Shown here one piece after another: positions 1-14,500 of a DNA stretch of 64,000 bases. The DNA is from Vermamoeba vermiformis (taxonomy: Eukaryota), in the NCBI GenBank assembly GCA_045837725.1, contig JBEWZL010000260.1, positions 62,001 through 126,000 on the forward strand. The letters are read 5' to 3'. How positions within the stretch are numbered: the first letter of the stretch is position 1; each line of letters starts with the position of its first letter. Below the pieces are notes generated by a model. The model was not told where the DNA came from. It ran no database searches and saw nothing but the letters and a program-made list of their open reading frames with translations. The translations under genes and the position numbers were made by a program.

Positions 1-395
1 ACACTTTTTGGCCTAAGTTATATCGCCTCGTATTTATACCGCGTTTCCACCGCTTGCAAACTGTGCGGAGAGTTGACCCTTGGCGCGGAAAGCCAAAAAG
101 CGCTGCCGTAACGAACTTTTTTTGTGCACCTCAACCCGCAACAATAACACAGTGATGTTATTATTATTATTGTAACATATTGTATATAAGCAAAAGGTAA
201 TGCCAATATGCTCCTTTACGTAGATTTAGAATCTATAAGAGAATTTTATCGATCAATTTTTAATTTCGTTTCTAATCCATAAGAATTATCGATAATAGTT
301 TCTCGTTGAACGTTTTATAGATGCACATATTTATTATATTTTTACAATTTCTTATGCGAATTTTTACAGAAACGAGATTGGTGAGCACATCTAAC

Positions 396-3300
396 ATGGC
401 AGCGCTAACAATGCAACCACCACAAATTATACATGATCCTACTATCAAGGAATATGTAGAAGAGGCTACTGCTGCGAAGAAAATTGGGCTGATCAAGTTC
501 GGCTTGATGTCAGGTGTTGACGTTATGAAGCTATCACACATACAGATTGTGAACAATATTTTATATCAACATCCCACACGAAATCCCATGCCTTACGGTA
601 AGCTATTTTCCATTGTCATACCGAGATCGCGATCGAACTAAACGGTCGTCATTAGGTCCTCTCGACACACGGCTTGGCACTTCCTCGAAGAAAATGGACT
701 GCACGACTTGCGGTGAAAAATTAGATCTCTGCGCGGGTCACTATGGATTTATTAACCTCGAGTTACCTTGCTTTCACGTTGGCTACATGCGGTTCATAAT
801 GAACACCTTGTCAACGGTCTGTAAAACTTGCAGTCGCATTCTGTTCGATGAAGACGAACGCGCCAAGTGGCTTAAACAAGTACGCAACCCTCGCTTGGAC
901 AATATTCAACGCGGCGAGCTGGGGAAAAGAATTTTGAAAGCTGCGAAGAAAAAAACAATTTGCGATTACTGCGGTGCCTTTAACGGTGATATCAAGAAAG
1001 TCTCCGCGTTGAAGTTGATTCACAAGAAATTCAAGACGAAGGCATCAGCGGGAGAAAAAGAAGCGTGGGAACAAGAGTTCAGCGAGGCTATTCAATATAA
1101 CCCAGAAATTGCCACTTACTTGAGCAAAACCAGCGAAGACTTGAGTCCTATCCGCGTTATGAAGGTACCTTTAGAGAGTTTTAGTGCCTGCAAATGACTA
1201 ATTTATCCCGCGTAGATCTTCGAACGAATTTCTGCCGAAGACTGTGAACTGCTGTGCATGGATGCGCATGTGGCAAGACCTGAATGGTTGCTTATTCAAC
1301 AATTGCTCGTGCCCCCTGCGTGCATTCGTCCTTCCGTGCACATGGATGCAATCGGCGGTAGCAACGAAGACGACTTGACAATGAAGCTGCAAGAAATTGT
1401 GACGATGAATAACAGTATTAAGAAAGACATGGAAAAGGGAACTACGATTAATCAGCTCATGGAGAAGTGGGACTACGTGCAGAACTTGGTAGCGGCCTAC
1501 ATCAACTCCGAGTATCCTGGTCAACCGCCTCAAATGGCAAACAAGAAATCAATCCGTGGTCTCGCACAGAGATTGAAAGGCAAACAAGGTCGTTTCCGTG
1601 GTCATTTGTCTGGCAAGCGTGTCGACTTCTCAGCGCGTACCGTCATTTCTCCCGACCCCAACTTGCGTATTAATCAGGTACGTGGAGTCAATAATAAGAT
1701 AGCGGTGCAAGTACTAATTGTACCTTAGGTTGGTATGCCTCAACACGTCGCTAAGATTATGACCTATCCCGAGCGTGTGTTTAAGCATAACATTGATAAG
1801 CTGCGCAAACTTGTGCTGAACGGCCACGATGAATACCCTGGCGCTCGTTTTGTGGAAGGCAAGGACGGCACAAAGAAGTTCTTGAAGTTCGTCCCTGACC
1901 GCAAGAAACTCGCCGCTGATCTGCAAGAAGGTGACGTTGTCGAGCGACATATTATGGACGGCGACGTTGTGTTATTCAACCGACAGCCTTCATTGCACAG
2001 AAACTCTATTATGGCGCACATCGTCAAGGTATTGCCGTGGAAGACTTTCAGATTCAACGAATGTGCCTGCACACCTTACAACGCTGACTTTGACGGTGAT
2101 GAAATGAACATGCACGTGCCTCAAACAGAAGAAGCTAAGGCCGAAGCTAGAATGCTCATGAACGTCGCATACAATTTGTGCGTGCCTAAGAGTGGAGAAT
2201 TGATTATCGGCGCTACGCAAGACTTTTTGACGTCCGGCTATTTGATCACTAAGAAGGACTGTTTCTACGACAAGGCCGCGTTCTGCCAAGCTGTCAGTCA
2301 CTTCACTGACGGTGGTGCTGTCGAACTGCCTCCTCCTTCAATTCTCAAGCCCATTCAGTTGTGGACCGGCAAACAAGTGATCAGTGTATTGCTCAACCCC
2401 ACTCCTTCTAAAGAACCTGTCAGACCCAACTTTGAGCTCAAGACCAAGCTGATTTACAACGCTAAGAAAGATGCCGGCATTATGTGCCCGAGCGATGGTT
2501 ATATCGTCGTGCGCAACGGAGAACTCATGTGTGGTCAACTCGACAAAGCAGCCTTGGGTGGTGGTCGTGGAAACTTGTTCCACGTGTTGCTTAAGGACTA
2601 CTCACCTGAAATCACTGTCGATCGCATGACCAAATTGGCACGTCTGTCTGCCCGATGGATTACTAACCACGGCTTCTCTATTGGTATCTCCGACGTGACA
2701 CCTTCAACAGTGGTGACGCAGAAGAAGACAGCACTGATCAGCAAGGGCTACCAAGAGTGCGATGTCGTCATTCAACAAGCCAAGGACGGCACTTTGAAGC
2801 CTCAACCTGGTTGCAACACTGATCAGACTTTGGAGGCCAAAGTTCTGTCCGTGCTCTCAGAAATTCGTGACGAGGCAGGAAAGATTTGTATCGAAGAGTT
2901 ACACCCGTCTAACAGTCCTCTGATCATGACTCTCTGCGGTTCTAAAGGTTCGAAGATTAACATCTCTCAAATGGTTGCTTGTGTCGGTCAACAAGCCGGT
3001 AAGTTTATTCCAAATTACATGTTGAGCGAATCGCTAATTGTTCTTCAGTGAGCGGTAACAGAGCTCCCAACGGATTCATTGATCGTACCTTGCCGCACTT
3101 CGAGCTTCAAGCCAAAGATCCTGCCGCAAAGGGTTTCGTGTCCAACAGTTTCTTTACTGGTTTGAGTCCCAGCGAGTTCTTCTTCCACACCATGGGTGGT
3201 CGTGAAGGTCTCGTCGATACAGCAGTCAAGACGGCCGAAACAGGTTACATGCAACGTCGTCTCATGAAGGCCCTTGAAGACTTGTCAGTCCAGTACGACA

Positions 3301-4957
3301 ACACTGTTCGTCAATCAACTATGGGCATTGTACAGTTCGCTTATGGCGATGACGGTATTGACCCACACAAGGTCGAGGCCGAAGATAGTCCCGTTGACTA
3401 TGATCGTGTATTGTTGAACTCCCTTGGTGAACAAGGTGCGCCCATGGAACCCTACGAGATTATGGAATACGTTGACAAGACATTGGCCGAGAATCCGATC
3501 TTCATCAACATGCCTGATTTCCATCGTGCCAACTTGCGCATCTTCTTTTTGAACCACGAGAACAAGCGCGACAGCAAAGACAAGATCATAGAAGGAGCTC
3601 TCGACAAGGTCATCAAACTTCGCAAGTCTCTTGGCTTGCCTGACGGCTTAGTAAAAGACGATCACAAAGGTAAGTGCTCGTAACGCAACCCTTTCGGCCC
3701 CTAACTTTTTTATTTGTAGATACAAAACTCGAGCAAGAGAAGAAGCAATTAGTGTACATTGTGTATCCCATCAACCTCGCTGTACTCGCCAAGTTCTTCC
3801 AAATCGTCGAACAAAAATTCCGTCGCATTCTCGTCGAGCCTGGTGATGCTGTTGGTGCCGTAGCCGCACAGTCTATTGGTGAGCCTTGCACACAAATGAC
3901 GTTGAAGACTTTCCACTTTGCTGGTGTCGCGTCCATGAACATTACACTTGGTGTCCCGCGTATTCGAGAAATCATCAACGCCTCCAAGAACATTAGCACA
4001 CCCATTATTACGGCACAATTGACTCGGCCAAACGACAAGGAGTTCGCCAAACAAGTACGAGGTCGCATTGAGAAGACCACACTTGGAAACATTGCCGCGT
4101 ACATCGCTGAAGTCTACGACAAGAACACACCGCACTTAGAGATCAAGATTGACTTCGACGCTATTCATGACTTGAAGTTGAAGATCTCAATGAACACCAT
4201 CAAGAAGTCCATTACCGAACACAAGAAGATCAAGTTGAAGGACAAGGACATTGAAGTCGGTGGTATTGCGCGCGATAAAATCATCATCGTGCCACCCGAG
4301 AACGCGAAGCAGAACGTGTTCTTCACAATGCAACACATCAAGAGCATTCTTCCTAAAGTCATCGTTGCCGGTCTGCACGGAGTTAATCGTTGCGTCATTG
4401 GTGAGAAGAAGGAGAAAGACGAACACGGCAACCACTTGCTGGAGCTGTTAGTCGAAGGCAATGACATGCTTGGTGTGATGGGCACGCCTGGTGTAGATGG
4501 CAGTCAAACTAAGTCTAATCACACTCTCGATGTGCAACGCGACCTTGGCATTGAAGCTGCACGACGAGCTATCGTGGAAGAAATTCGTTACACGATGAAC
4601 CAGCACGGTGTTGCAGTCGATGCACGTCACTTGTTCCTGTTGGCTGATGTTATGACCTTCAAGGGCAATGTGTTGGGTATCACTCGTCACGGTATCTCGC
4701 GCATGAAGGACAGTGTGCTGATGTTAGCATCATTCGAAAAGACAACCGATTATCTGTTCGACGCTGCAGCTCACTCGATGGACGAGCAAGTGAGGGGTGT
4801 GTCGGAGTGCATTATCTTAGGCACACCTATTCCCTTGGGTACTGGTCTCTTCAAGGTGCTCAAGAAGTCGTCCAAGCCCAAATTAACCAAGAAGCCTCTG
4901 TTGTTGCAATCAAATGACTTCAGGTTATCGCTAAGCGACTTTATCACTCCTGCTTAA
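396..4957 (+). CDS. RPC1: DNA-directed RNA polymerase III largest subunit (multi-exon)
   Basis: Zn motif [40 protein letters not shown], catalytic [42 protein letters not shown], Pol III-type [24 protein letters not shown], no heptad CTD. ORF pieces are joined by short GT-AG introns. Confidence 0.95.
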
Positions 4958-4993
4958 TAAAGTTGTTCTTGTAATTAATTATGCACATTTATT

Positions 4994-6561
4994 TCAAAAC
5001 CAGACGTTGTAGTCGTACTCTTCTGCGATCCTACGTTTTGACAGCCAAACGCGCTTGGGTACATTAGGATTTTCGCTCAACCATTGCCTCAGCGTCAAAT
5101 AGTCAATGCCACGGGGAATATCTTTGCGTTGAATAGGCACGAAGGGATGCACTGTGTAGCCTGCAATGTGGTTAGTATAGCAATTGTCGTGCACCGTCAA
5201 TCTTACCATTGAGCCACAAGAAAATGTTTTTACAGAACTCTTGAGAGAAATACATCATCACCAAATTAGGAAAAGATCGTATGACGTTTGATAAGAGACC
5301 TTGTTGATGTTAGACGATACTACTAAAAGAGTAAAAGCGACTCACCAGCCCACAAACCAGGGACCCCATTTCTATCGATAATCTGAGTAAAACATTCTTT
5401 CAAGCTGCTGCTGTGAGCGATCGGCACCGTCATATTCGCAGGCAAGTTATTTGCGGATGATTGCGCCATCATTTGCTTGCGTGCCGTGTCGAACGGGAAT
5501 GATGCGAACTGTAGGTGCGACCGATTAACCACTCATCGGCGATATAGGCATCCAATTATTATACGTACTTGAGCTACTACAGTGATGATTGTGGCGTTTA
5601 GAATTCCTTCTAAAAGGCCTGGTGGCTCATCGCGACGACTGAAAAACGGCGAGAAAAATTCAACAGCGAGAGAGTTCGGCAATGGACCTAAATTATAATT
5701 AGTACTAACTAGACCATAATTAATTCAGCACAAGCGGCGTACCAATTATGGTAGGCAACCAGCCTTTAAATAAAGCACCCCAGCCTTCTTCCTGAACAAT
5801 TGAAGTAAATGCGTCGTATATGCTCGTATATTTGGGGCTGGAAAGTCGTTGTTGCGTCAATCGCGTTTTAACTACTTCTTGGGGCAAAGTTACAGCTGCT
5901 GCGGCGATATTGGCTGGCAAATCCGGTTAGGTTAGAAAGCTCATTACTTTGATGTACGCTACGTTATACAGCTAATTTTCTAACGCTTACAAAAAATCCC
6001 GGCAACTAAGTTGGCAAAAGGAGGGACGGATTTGGTTTCAGGATCGCGCAGTAATGAGACTACTAGGTTAGCAGCCCAATTTTGGGCTACATTAAATGGC
6101 AATGTTTTGAATATGTTAACTAGGTTGCCTTTAAAAAATCCTAGCGCTCCTTCTGTCTTATACAAATTTGTTGATGATGTCACCAAGCCGTGCAAGTCTC
6201 CACCGACCTGATCTGATCCAATTTGTTGCAAGGTCTTGATTGTTTCTACGCAAAGTAAATTTTAGATTAATAATTTGGTATATTCGCGTTAGAGGTTCAG
6301 TTCATTGCGATGAATGTTGTATTAGAATTTTGTAAAAAATAGAAATGCGTCCAAAAAATATATATGCCAATAATAATACGTTTGTAATTAATTGCTACAA
6401 ACTAAAATATATAAACAAATAATTTAACAAGAAAATTTGACACTTTTGTTCCAGATCTGCTTACCAAATGGCGCTAATGCAGTACGCGTGATGCCTCCTG
6501 CAATGAACCCGCAAATGAGTCCTTGACTAAAGGACAACTGAGGCACGCGTGCTCCTTTCAT
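4994..6561 (-). CDS. Mitochondrial carrier family (SLC25) protein
   Basis: Three Px[DE]xx[KR] signatures after splicing (PFETIKT, PQEVVKTR, PFDTARK), plus EGALGFFKGNL and EEGWGALFKGW. Start MKGARVPQLSF at 6561. Confidence 0.9.
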
Positions 6562-6652
6562 TTGTCAATTTGAAAAAAGCAGCCAGAAAAATTGAACTTT
6601 TGTGGGCACAACAAACTCGCGCATAATTTCATAAAGCAATAATCGATATTTA

Positions 6653-7972
6653 CTAATTAATATTAACAAGCTTCTCGCTGACTTCCCACAATTTGGCTGC
6701 CTCCTCATCCGTCACCAACTTGTTCGGCTTTTTGACAGCGCAATCAGAGTAATAAGCACCTCCTTCAATATGTGGGGCCAAAGCGCAATGCAACGAAGTT
6801 TGAGCTCCTTCGAACGCGGTCTTGTAAAACAAGCGGTGCATAAAGAATATTATTACTTTGGCAATGCCAGGGAAGTTTCTGTCGAGCTCTGTTCGCACTG
6901 TAATGAACGGGTTATTAACGTGATTGTCGAACTATATGATACGGTTAAACTACCTGCTCCAGGGTGCAGCGACACAGCAGTAATGTTTTTGCCCTGAGCT
7001 TGCATTCTCTTGTTCAATTCTCGTGCGAACAACACATTGGCAAGCTTGCTCTGGAAATAAGCAGGCCAGCGACGATAGTTCTTGGTCCAGTTCAAATCAT
7101 CGTAGTTGATTTTTCCGCTGTAATGGCCCATTGATGAGACAACAACTACCCGACCTCCATTTTCGTTAATTAAATTGTATTTGAGCAATAAATTGGTCAT
7201 CAAGAAGTGGGCCAAATGATTCACGCCAAATTGAAGTTCAAATCCATCTCCAGTCAAGATGTAAGGCGGGACCTAAAACAAGTTAATTAAGTTATGCATC
7301 ATTTGTAATCATCATACCATAACGCCGGCGTTTTCAATCAGAACATCAATCTTTTTGTTGACACGTGACTTGTACTCCTCGACAAATTGTCTGACTGATT
7401 TCAAACTCGATAGCTCGCACTTCAAATAAGACACCTTGTCGTTCTTGTGGCCTTTTTTAATCTCGTTGACAGCTGCTGTTCCTTTGACATCGTCTCGAAC
7501 GGCTGAAAGTATCGGGTGAACACGAGCATCAAAAAATACGAAATGCACCATCTACGTACTAATATAGACCTCGGCATTGAGTGCAGCAAGGAATTTAGCT
7601 GTTTCAAGACCAATGCCCGTATTAGCGCCAGTGACAACAACCACCTGCGATCGGGACAAAATTAAATACGGATCGAGGTGTCAATAACGGTCACTTCTTC
7701 TCAAAAAATTATAATAATGCAAAAAATAATCGTTGTAATTTATTCCTAAAAATATTGCTTGCCTTTCCGGTAAGATCTGGCTTGTGTTTATTTACGCCAC
7801 CGGCAATCCACTGGTAGACATTATTAGCTCAAAACTTGTTTATATTTTGACTTACCTTTCTCCACAACCAAAATGAGCTGACTGCCAGAACGGCTCCAGT
7901 CGCAATCTGCTGAGTTTGACTCAATCCGCTCCACGTCTGCGAAAAGTTCTGCACTGGGGATAAAAATGACAT
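6653..7972 (-). CDS. Short-chain dehydrogenase/reductase, retinol dehydrogenase-like
   Basis: VVVVTGANTGIG, ENAGVM, DGFELQFGVNHLAHF, catalytic YFQSK, SLHPG, GAQTSLHCA. N-terminal hydrophobic anchor. Includes a GC-AG intron at 7645-7762. Confidence 0.92.
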
Positions 7973-8279
7973 ATTGTGCCGTTGTTGTTGAGCGAGTTAA
8001 AGTGATTTAGCTCCATTTCATTTTCTTTCGTTCGTCCGGAATAACGGAGCCATCCCGTTCTTCCGTTCTTCCACAATTAAATTGAATTTTAGTACTTATC
8101 ACTGGTCGAAAGAATGTACATAGTGCACGGCAAGGAGCCTTGACGATTTGACACGACCGAAGCTCTTCTATTTTTGGATAAAGGTGTTACGCCATTGGTC
8201 AGCATATTTTAAATAGAATTTTCAATGTGCGCAAGTATCTTCTACCACATTGCTAGTGTACGGCACCATAACTCTAGTC

Positions 8280-11200
8280 ATGAATTTCCAAGAACCTGTA
8301 AGGTGGGCACAATTACCCGATGAGGTGCTCGTCAATCTGTTTCTGTTGATGGATGCTGAAGTGACAGTGTTAGGTAATTGATCAATAAACAATAATATAT
8401 TTCTTAACTGCAACAATTATATTTTTAATAATTTTAGAGCATTACCGCGAAGTTTGTAAAAGATGGGCCGCGCTAATCCGCCAACCAGAGCTCTGGAAAC
8501 GTCTCTGCCACTTACGCTGGCAAAATAATCCCTCGAATTTATCTATGAAGGATAACTTGCTTATTCCTCGGTTGAACCCAAGTAAGCAGCCACTTCCTTC
8601 CAGAACGAAGGCTAACGAGTTCAGATCAAAGCGAAGTAGCGTGGAGAGAGGTCTATTTAATTAGGTAATTAATAACCATTCAAAAGTTATTTATAACATG
8701 AGCCCTGATTTTGTGCGACAGAGATCTTTCTGAAAAAATGACAGATGCGCTTTTCGATTTTGTTGCCGTCAACAAGGAAGATGATACCGTTGAAATAGCC
8801 TCAAAAGAAGATTTTTTTGCTTTGGGCTGGATTTCCATTGATGGAGCACGAGCCTTGAGGGACAAAATTATCTCAGAACTAGATAAGGTCGCCTGGCGAC
8901 AAGCGCTCGAACATTTGACGATAATTATTGAGTTCATTTGCCGCTTGGAGCTAACTATGGCAGAAAATACTGGCACGTATTTCCTTACTGAAGTCCAATT
9001 GCTGGAGACTTTCTGCACCGAACAGAAACCTCTGATCGAATCCATTCGCCCGAACGACGCACTTCTCCTTCGGTACTTTACAACCACAATACTATTCCTA
9101 TATATAACTAACTCTGCTACAGAATTGCTAAGTGCGTTAAACGGCTCGTAACAAAGTTGTTCGAGGCAGCAGCACCAGTCGAAGACGTTAACCCGTTATT
9201 GGAGAGCAGCACTCGCATTAAAGCTAAATTTGTGACTGAAGACTTGCTGCGAATTAATTTCGAAACTCTCGCATATTGCATCGACTACGCACATTCCAAA
9301 ATGAACCTGGAAGATGTAAGTCACTACAAAATCACTAAGATAAGCAACTCGCATATGATATCTGTGTTAAGTAAAGTAAATTTCTTTAATATTTTACTAA
9401 GCTAATCCAATAACGAGTTGAATAAAATTTAATTAATTTATTTTTTTTTCTGTTAGTGGGCCACCTTCGAGCCATGGCAGCTGCCTGTAAATGAGTTAAT
9501 ATGGACTTTTGACGGCCTCCGCCCCAGTAAACAGCTTGCCAAAGATGACTTGGCAATGCAGGTGCTCAAAGAGATTATTGACAAACTCGACCTAACTACA
9601 CGCCACGGTCAATGGACTGCAATGAGCCTTTGTGCTAAGTAAGTCCTATCACTTCATTACGACTAGCTTATTGGGTGGCAGGTCTACGTTTGCTTATTTC
9701 AAAGTCACCAATGACCCGTACATTGCTGCGCCCATGCTGTGGTACTACAAAAGCACATTTTTTGACAAGTATGCGCAGATTTGGCTCGACCATACCAGTG
9801 CCATATTGAAGGTACTCTCGGAGTTACTCACTATGCCACACACATTGTAAGTGCGCTCTGCGATATTGAACTTATTCTAATAATTATATTTAGCGTTCAA
9901 TTCTACTGCTGCACTTTTCTGCAGCACATGTTCGATCTCAATCGAATGTTGAAAAAAAAGCCCGAACTTTTAGCCCCCCATTACGAAGCTTTAGTCGATA
10001 ACATTGCCCCAATGATCAACAATGTGGACTCGACACTTCGTCAGACAGCGATGATTGCAATTAATGGTCTCGTCACCGCAGTGCCGGAGTTGTTCTCAAA
10101 GGTAATTCAAGCCACATTAACAAATCCAACCATTAATCTTTAATAGAAAAAAGACGCGATAATCAGGTGCCATTCAACTTTGGAAATGTCAACTGTGCCC
10201 GATGAAGTCACAGTGGCACAGGAGTCAATTTTGACTATCGGAGCCAAAGTCGCCGACAATGACTGTTTTGTGTCCAAAGCCTATTCCTTATTCACAACCA
10301 AGCTAGAGACATATTTGAGCGTCACAACGACTGATAATGCAGCGGCGCTGATAAGTGTAACTCCGCGATGCATCACCATCATGCCGAGAGAATTGCTCGA
10401 AAAACACTTCCAGCAGATCTTTCCCGTCATAATTTTCGCTGCATGGACTCCATTTGAAGGTAAGTTACTAGGCTGTATATTAAAAGATTTATTAACAGCC
10501 TGTGCAGCGGATGAAGGTGACGACGACGAGTTTGGCGAGGTAAATTACTACGGAACTGATTGTCGCTTGCAGACATTGATAATAATTTATTACCAGGCTA
10601 ATTTAAAGGTCGTAGATATGAGAAAATATGCTCTCAAATCGATATCGGCACTACTAAAGAAGTTTGACCGTGAATATCTGACAAGTTGCTTTCAACAAAT
10701 CAAGCAAACTCTGGCCATCAATTTTGAGACGCATTTTGGACGTAAATATCGCCACTACAATTCTGCACTATAAGCATCCACTAACTACGGTAATTTTAGT
10801 TATTCAGGTTACAGCAGCGAAGGCGCTCGCACAATTAATCCAAACATTCTTCGTACCTAACATGGAAAGCAATTGGAGCAAACAAATCCCTGATCTGATC
10901 ACAGAAGCATGTGAGCTCGTTAACACAGCTCTGGCAAAAAATTCCTTTAAGAATATTCAGGAAAAAGTAGTGCGCTCTTTTAACACGATCATCGCTCATC
11001 TGGCACGTGTCAGTCCTGCTTCCTTCTCAGCGAAGCATGGCACTACGGTGATGGGAAGAACTGTTCTAGATCTCATAGAACATGTGCGGCCATCATGCAA
11101 TCCCGAGCGCGTTGCCTTCGGAGAAGAAGTAATTACGCCTTATAGTGCCCGAAATAATTCTAACACATTTTTTAGGTAATAAGAACACTCGAATTTGTCC

Positions 11201-11515
11201 TTGAGCACTGTTCGGTTTTGGTAAAAGACCTTGTGTACATGTTTGAACAAATTGCAAGCGACTTTGAACATTATGATCGAAACAAACTGTATCTACAATT
11301 ACGCATGGCACAATTGGCTATCATTCGCTTTGGCAATGAAATGGAGACTACTGAAGCTTCGGTAACATTTCCTTTTTGTAGTCACCCCTCGTCGTATTAA
11401 TCTTACCCATACCTAATAGAAGCTAGTGTCAGCTTACGTCCGTAGCTACTCAGAACACACTCGAGAGGTTGGAGCCGCATCAATGGTTATGGAGCAAGAA
11501 CAGAAACTTCCATAG
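8280..11515 (+). CDS. F-box protein with HEAT/ARM (importin-beta/transportin-like) helical repeats
   Basis: Spliced N-terminus WAQLPDEVLVNLFLLMDAEVTVLEHYREVCKRWAALIRQPELWKRLC is an F-box. Downstream exons are amphipathic helical repeats with an acidic loop DEGDDDEFGE followed by MRKYALKSISALL. Confidence 0.7.
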
Positions 11516-11552
11516 ATAATGATTGATTTATTATTATTAATAAAATATTAAT

Positions 11553-14500
11553 CTACAATACGCTGCCTTTTTTCAATGCGTCCAAAATACTGTGCAAAGG
11601 TTCGTTCAAATCATTAATTGCTGCAAACTTGTCGTGATTTTTAACGTTGTTGTTCAAATGCGCTTCGATGTTCTCGAGGTGATTTTGAGCGTCAATAATC
11701 GCAAGTTTAATGGCGTGTTTGGCACGGCCCATTTGATCTGCGGGAGGTGGAGTTTGATCCAACGGCGCGGTTGGTGGCGGGAAGTTTCCGATAATCTTGG
11801 CCAATTCCTAATCAGGCAATGTAAGTTACGAGCTCGATTCTGTAACGTAATTAATAGCATACCAATTTAATGACACGAACAGTGCCACCAATCTGCAAGA
11901 CTTGACCGCTCGAAGTGATGGCTGGGATGATATTGTTCTTGATGTTTTCAAGCTGTTTTATCGCGAGTGAAACATTGGCCACGTGACCTGCAAGCGCCGT
12001 GAAGTGAGCCTGCAGGAAAATGTTCATTATTTCTCTGTAACAAAGCCACACAACAATACGACTTACCTGCTCTTCGGGACTGAGATTCGACTCTTGTTGA
12101 GCTGTTTGTGTCACAGGTGTCGGACTGGTGTTCACGGAAACTTGTTGCGTCGGCTGGGGAGGAGCTGATTGGACTGTAGTTGCGGGGATCTTCGCTGGAC
12201 CAGGCATGAAAAAAGCAGCTTTCTTAGGCTCAGCCGTGTTAGAAGCAACAGCTGCTTGTTGTGACGGTTGTGCCACGCTTGGTGAGGCCATGCGCACGAC
12301 AGGTGTCACTTGCTGTGTTGGCTGTGGTGCTGCAGAGGTAGTGCGCGGCGCTCTGTTTTGAGACAAGAAGCTCTGACGGGGAGCTTGCTGTGGCTGTTGG
12401 GCCTGTTGAGGCTGCTGCTCGAAGTGCTGGACTGCAGTAGTGGACGGCTGTTGAGTGGCGGTTGAAGTTGGTTGTGACTGCGCCACTACTGAAGGTTGTT
12501 GTGCTGCCGTAACAGGGGTCACATTTGCCGTGGGTTGGTTGACATGTGATGAAGTCGGCTGAGTGACAGATGTCACATTAGTGTTGACTTCTTTTGACGG
12601 CGCGCACTCTTCAATCTTCTCAACAGTGTTGCTGCTGTACAGGCGCAGCACGAACTTGGTATTGACGCCTGCATCCCACGTGCACGGCACAATGACGTAA
12701 CGGCCTGCCTCGAGAGTGGTCTCTAACGAAGCTAATCGAAAATGTCAGCTCACTGTCCACGCGGAAAAAAATGCGCGTGAGACTTACTCTCAAAATCAAC
12801 GAACGGGCTGACGGCCACTTGATCTTTTTGCGTGTCACCTATTGTCATATTAGAACCTATCCATGTACAATGACTCGCAACACTTACTGTCGCGTTTGAA
12901 CAAGTAAAATCCCATGTGCGATCGGCCAGTCAATTGCGGCTCTGCGTTTGTAAGTGTAATGGTCACGTGACCCTTGCTTGGCATTTGGAAGACGTATTGA
13001 GGGTTGGCGTTGAATGATGCGAGTCCTCCTGCTGATTCGCCAGCCCATTGTCCCTGCGTCACATTTGACATGAGTTACTGAAAGCAGATCTAGATCTCGC
13101 AACTCGTGTCACTTACATTAACTGCGATGGTATTCCAGTTCTTGCACTTTGTAATCTTGAATTCGGCACTGCTCTCAATGTGCAGCGAGTACGAGGAGTG
13201 CAATTTGGGCTGAATGGTCATCGGAATAATCGAGTAATTGCCCGGAGGTAACTCGAAGTCAGTTGTCACTGAAGTCAATATTAGCGATACTAATCAGCCA
13301 CTAACATTATAATAGAGACATACCTTTACTCGAGCAGTAGAATTCTCCGCCATAAATGACGTCTTCTTTGAGCAATGAAAGATTTTTCAAGCCCTCATCT
13401 GCACCACAAGTCAACGCTTGTCAACGACTCGTATATGATTACAATGTTACGTACATTTCGTTCTCACCAAGTAGAATCCAATGGCAGGCAAGGGATTCTT
13501 CTCGCCGTGCGGCGTGTAAAATCGTTGAGGCTGCGAAAGTGATACTGTCAAATAACCAGGCTGCGTTGTCGAGACAGCAAAATGAGGTCCTGATCGCCAG
13601 CCAAGGTCTTCTTTCCATTCACCCTAAGTGCAGCTCGTTAAGTTACTAGTACTAAGTCGGAAATATGATGGGTTCTTACAGAAATGACCGCGGAGAACCA
13701 ATCGATTGGGTGCAACTTGCAAATGTAAAATTGATTGAAGTACTTCAAGAAATCTTCAATAGACATCCACAACACTTTCTCCTCGCCGGGCACAGCTCCT
13801 ACTTCCTTCTGCGGTCATAATAAACTCATTAATACCGCGACAATATTCACGAAACCAAGGGCACTCACCATGATTTCTTGAGTCCACTTGGGCGACTTAG
13901 CACTAAAATCCCCAGTCCAATGGCCTATTTATGGTTAGATAAGTACTACTATATTAATATATGCGCCGTACTTTTGTTCAAGTTATCGCGAAGTTTGACG
14001 AGCAGCTGATTTTGAGACGTTTGTTTGATGTCTTGAACAATGTACAAATGCTCCTACAAATAGAATTCGATTAGCATTGTCTATATTCATACAACGTCTT
14101 ATGGTAGTCTTACTTTAATCAAGCCTACATTTGATACGTCACTTTGAACGGCACTAACTTCGCAGCAAATAATATTTTTGTGCTGCACGTGATCCATCAA
14201 CAAATTCAATAACATTTGCAAATCAACTGAAGAGTCGACAATACTACTCATATATATTATTAGATATTGAAGGAATAAGCCTTGCTTTTCACATACATTT
14301 TGTCAGTGGATGCGCCGGTCAAACCGCTTAGAACAAATTCAGGCGAGCAATATCTAATAGCACCATATGAGCCCAATGACTTGGCATAGGCCTAATTAGT
14401 TATGTAATCGTTAGTGCTCGATTCACGAGTGATTTTCTCCGAACATTTCCCGTACCTTTTCGAGGATCATTGGCCAAGTCTCTCCTTCTAATAAACGCAA

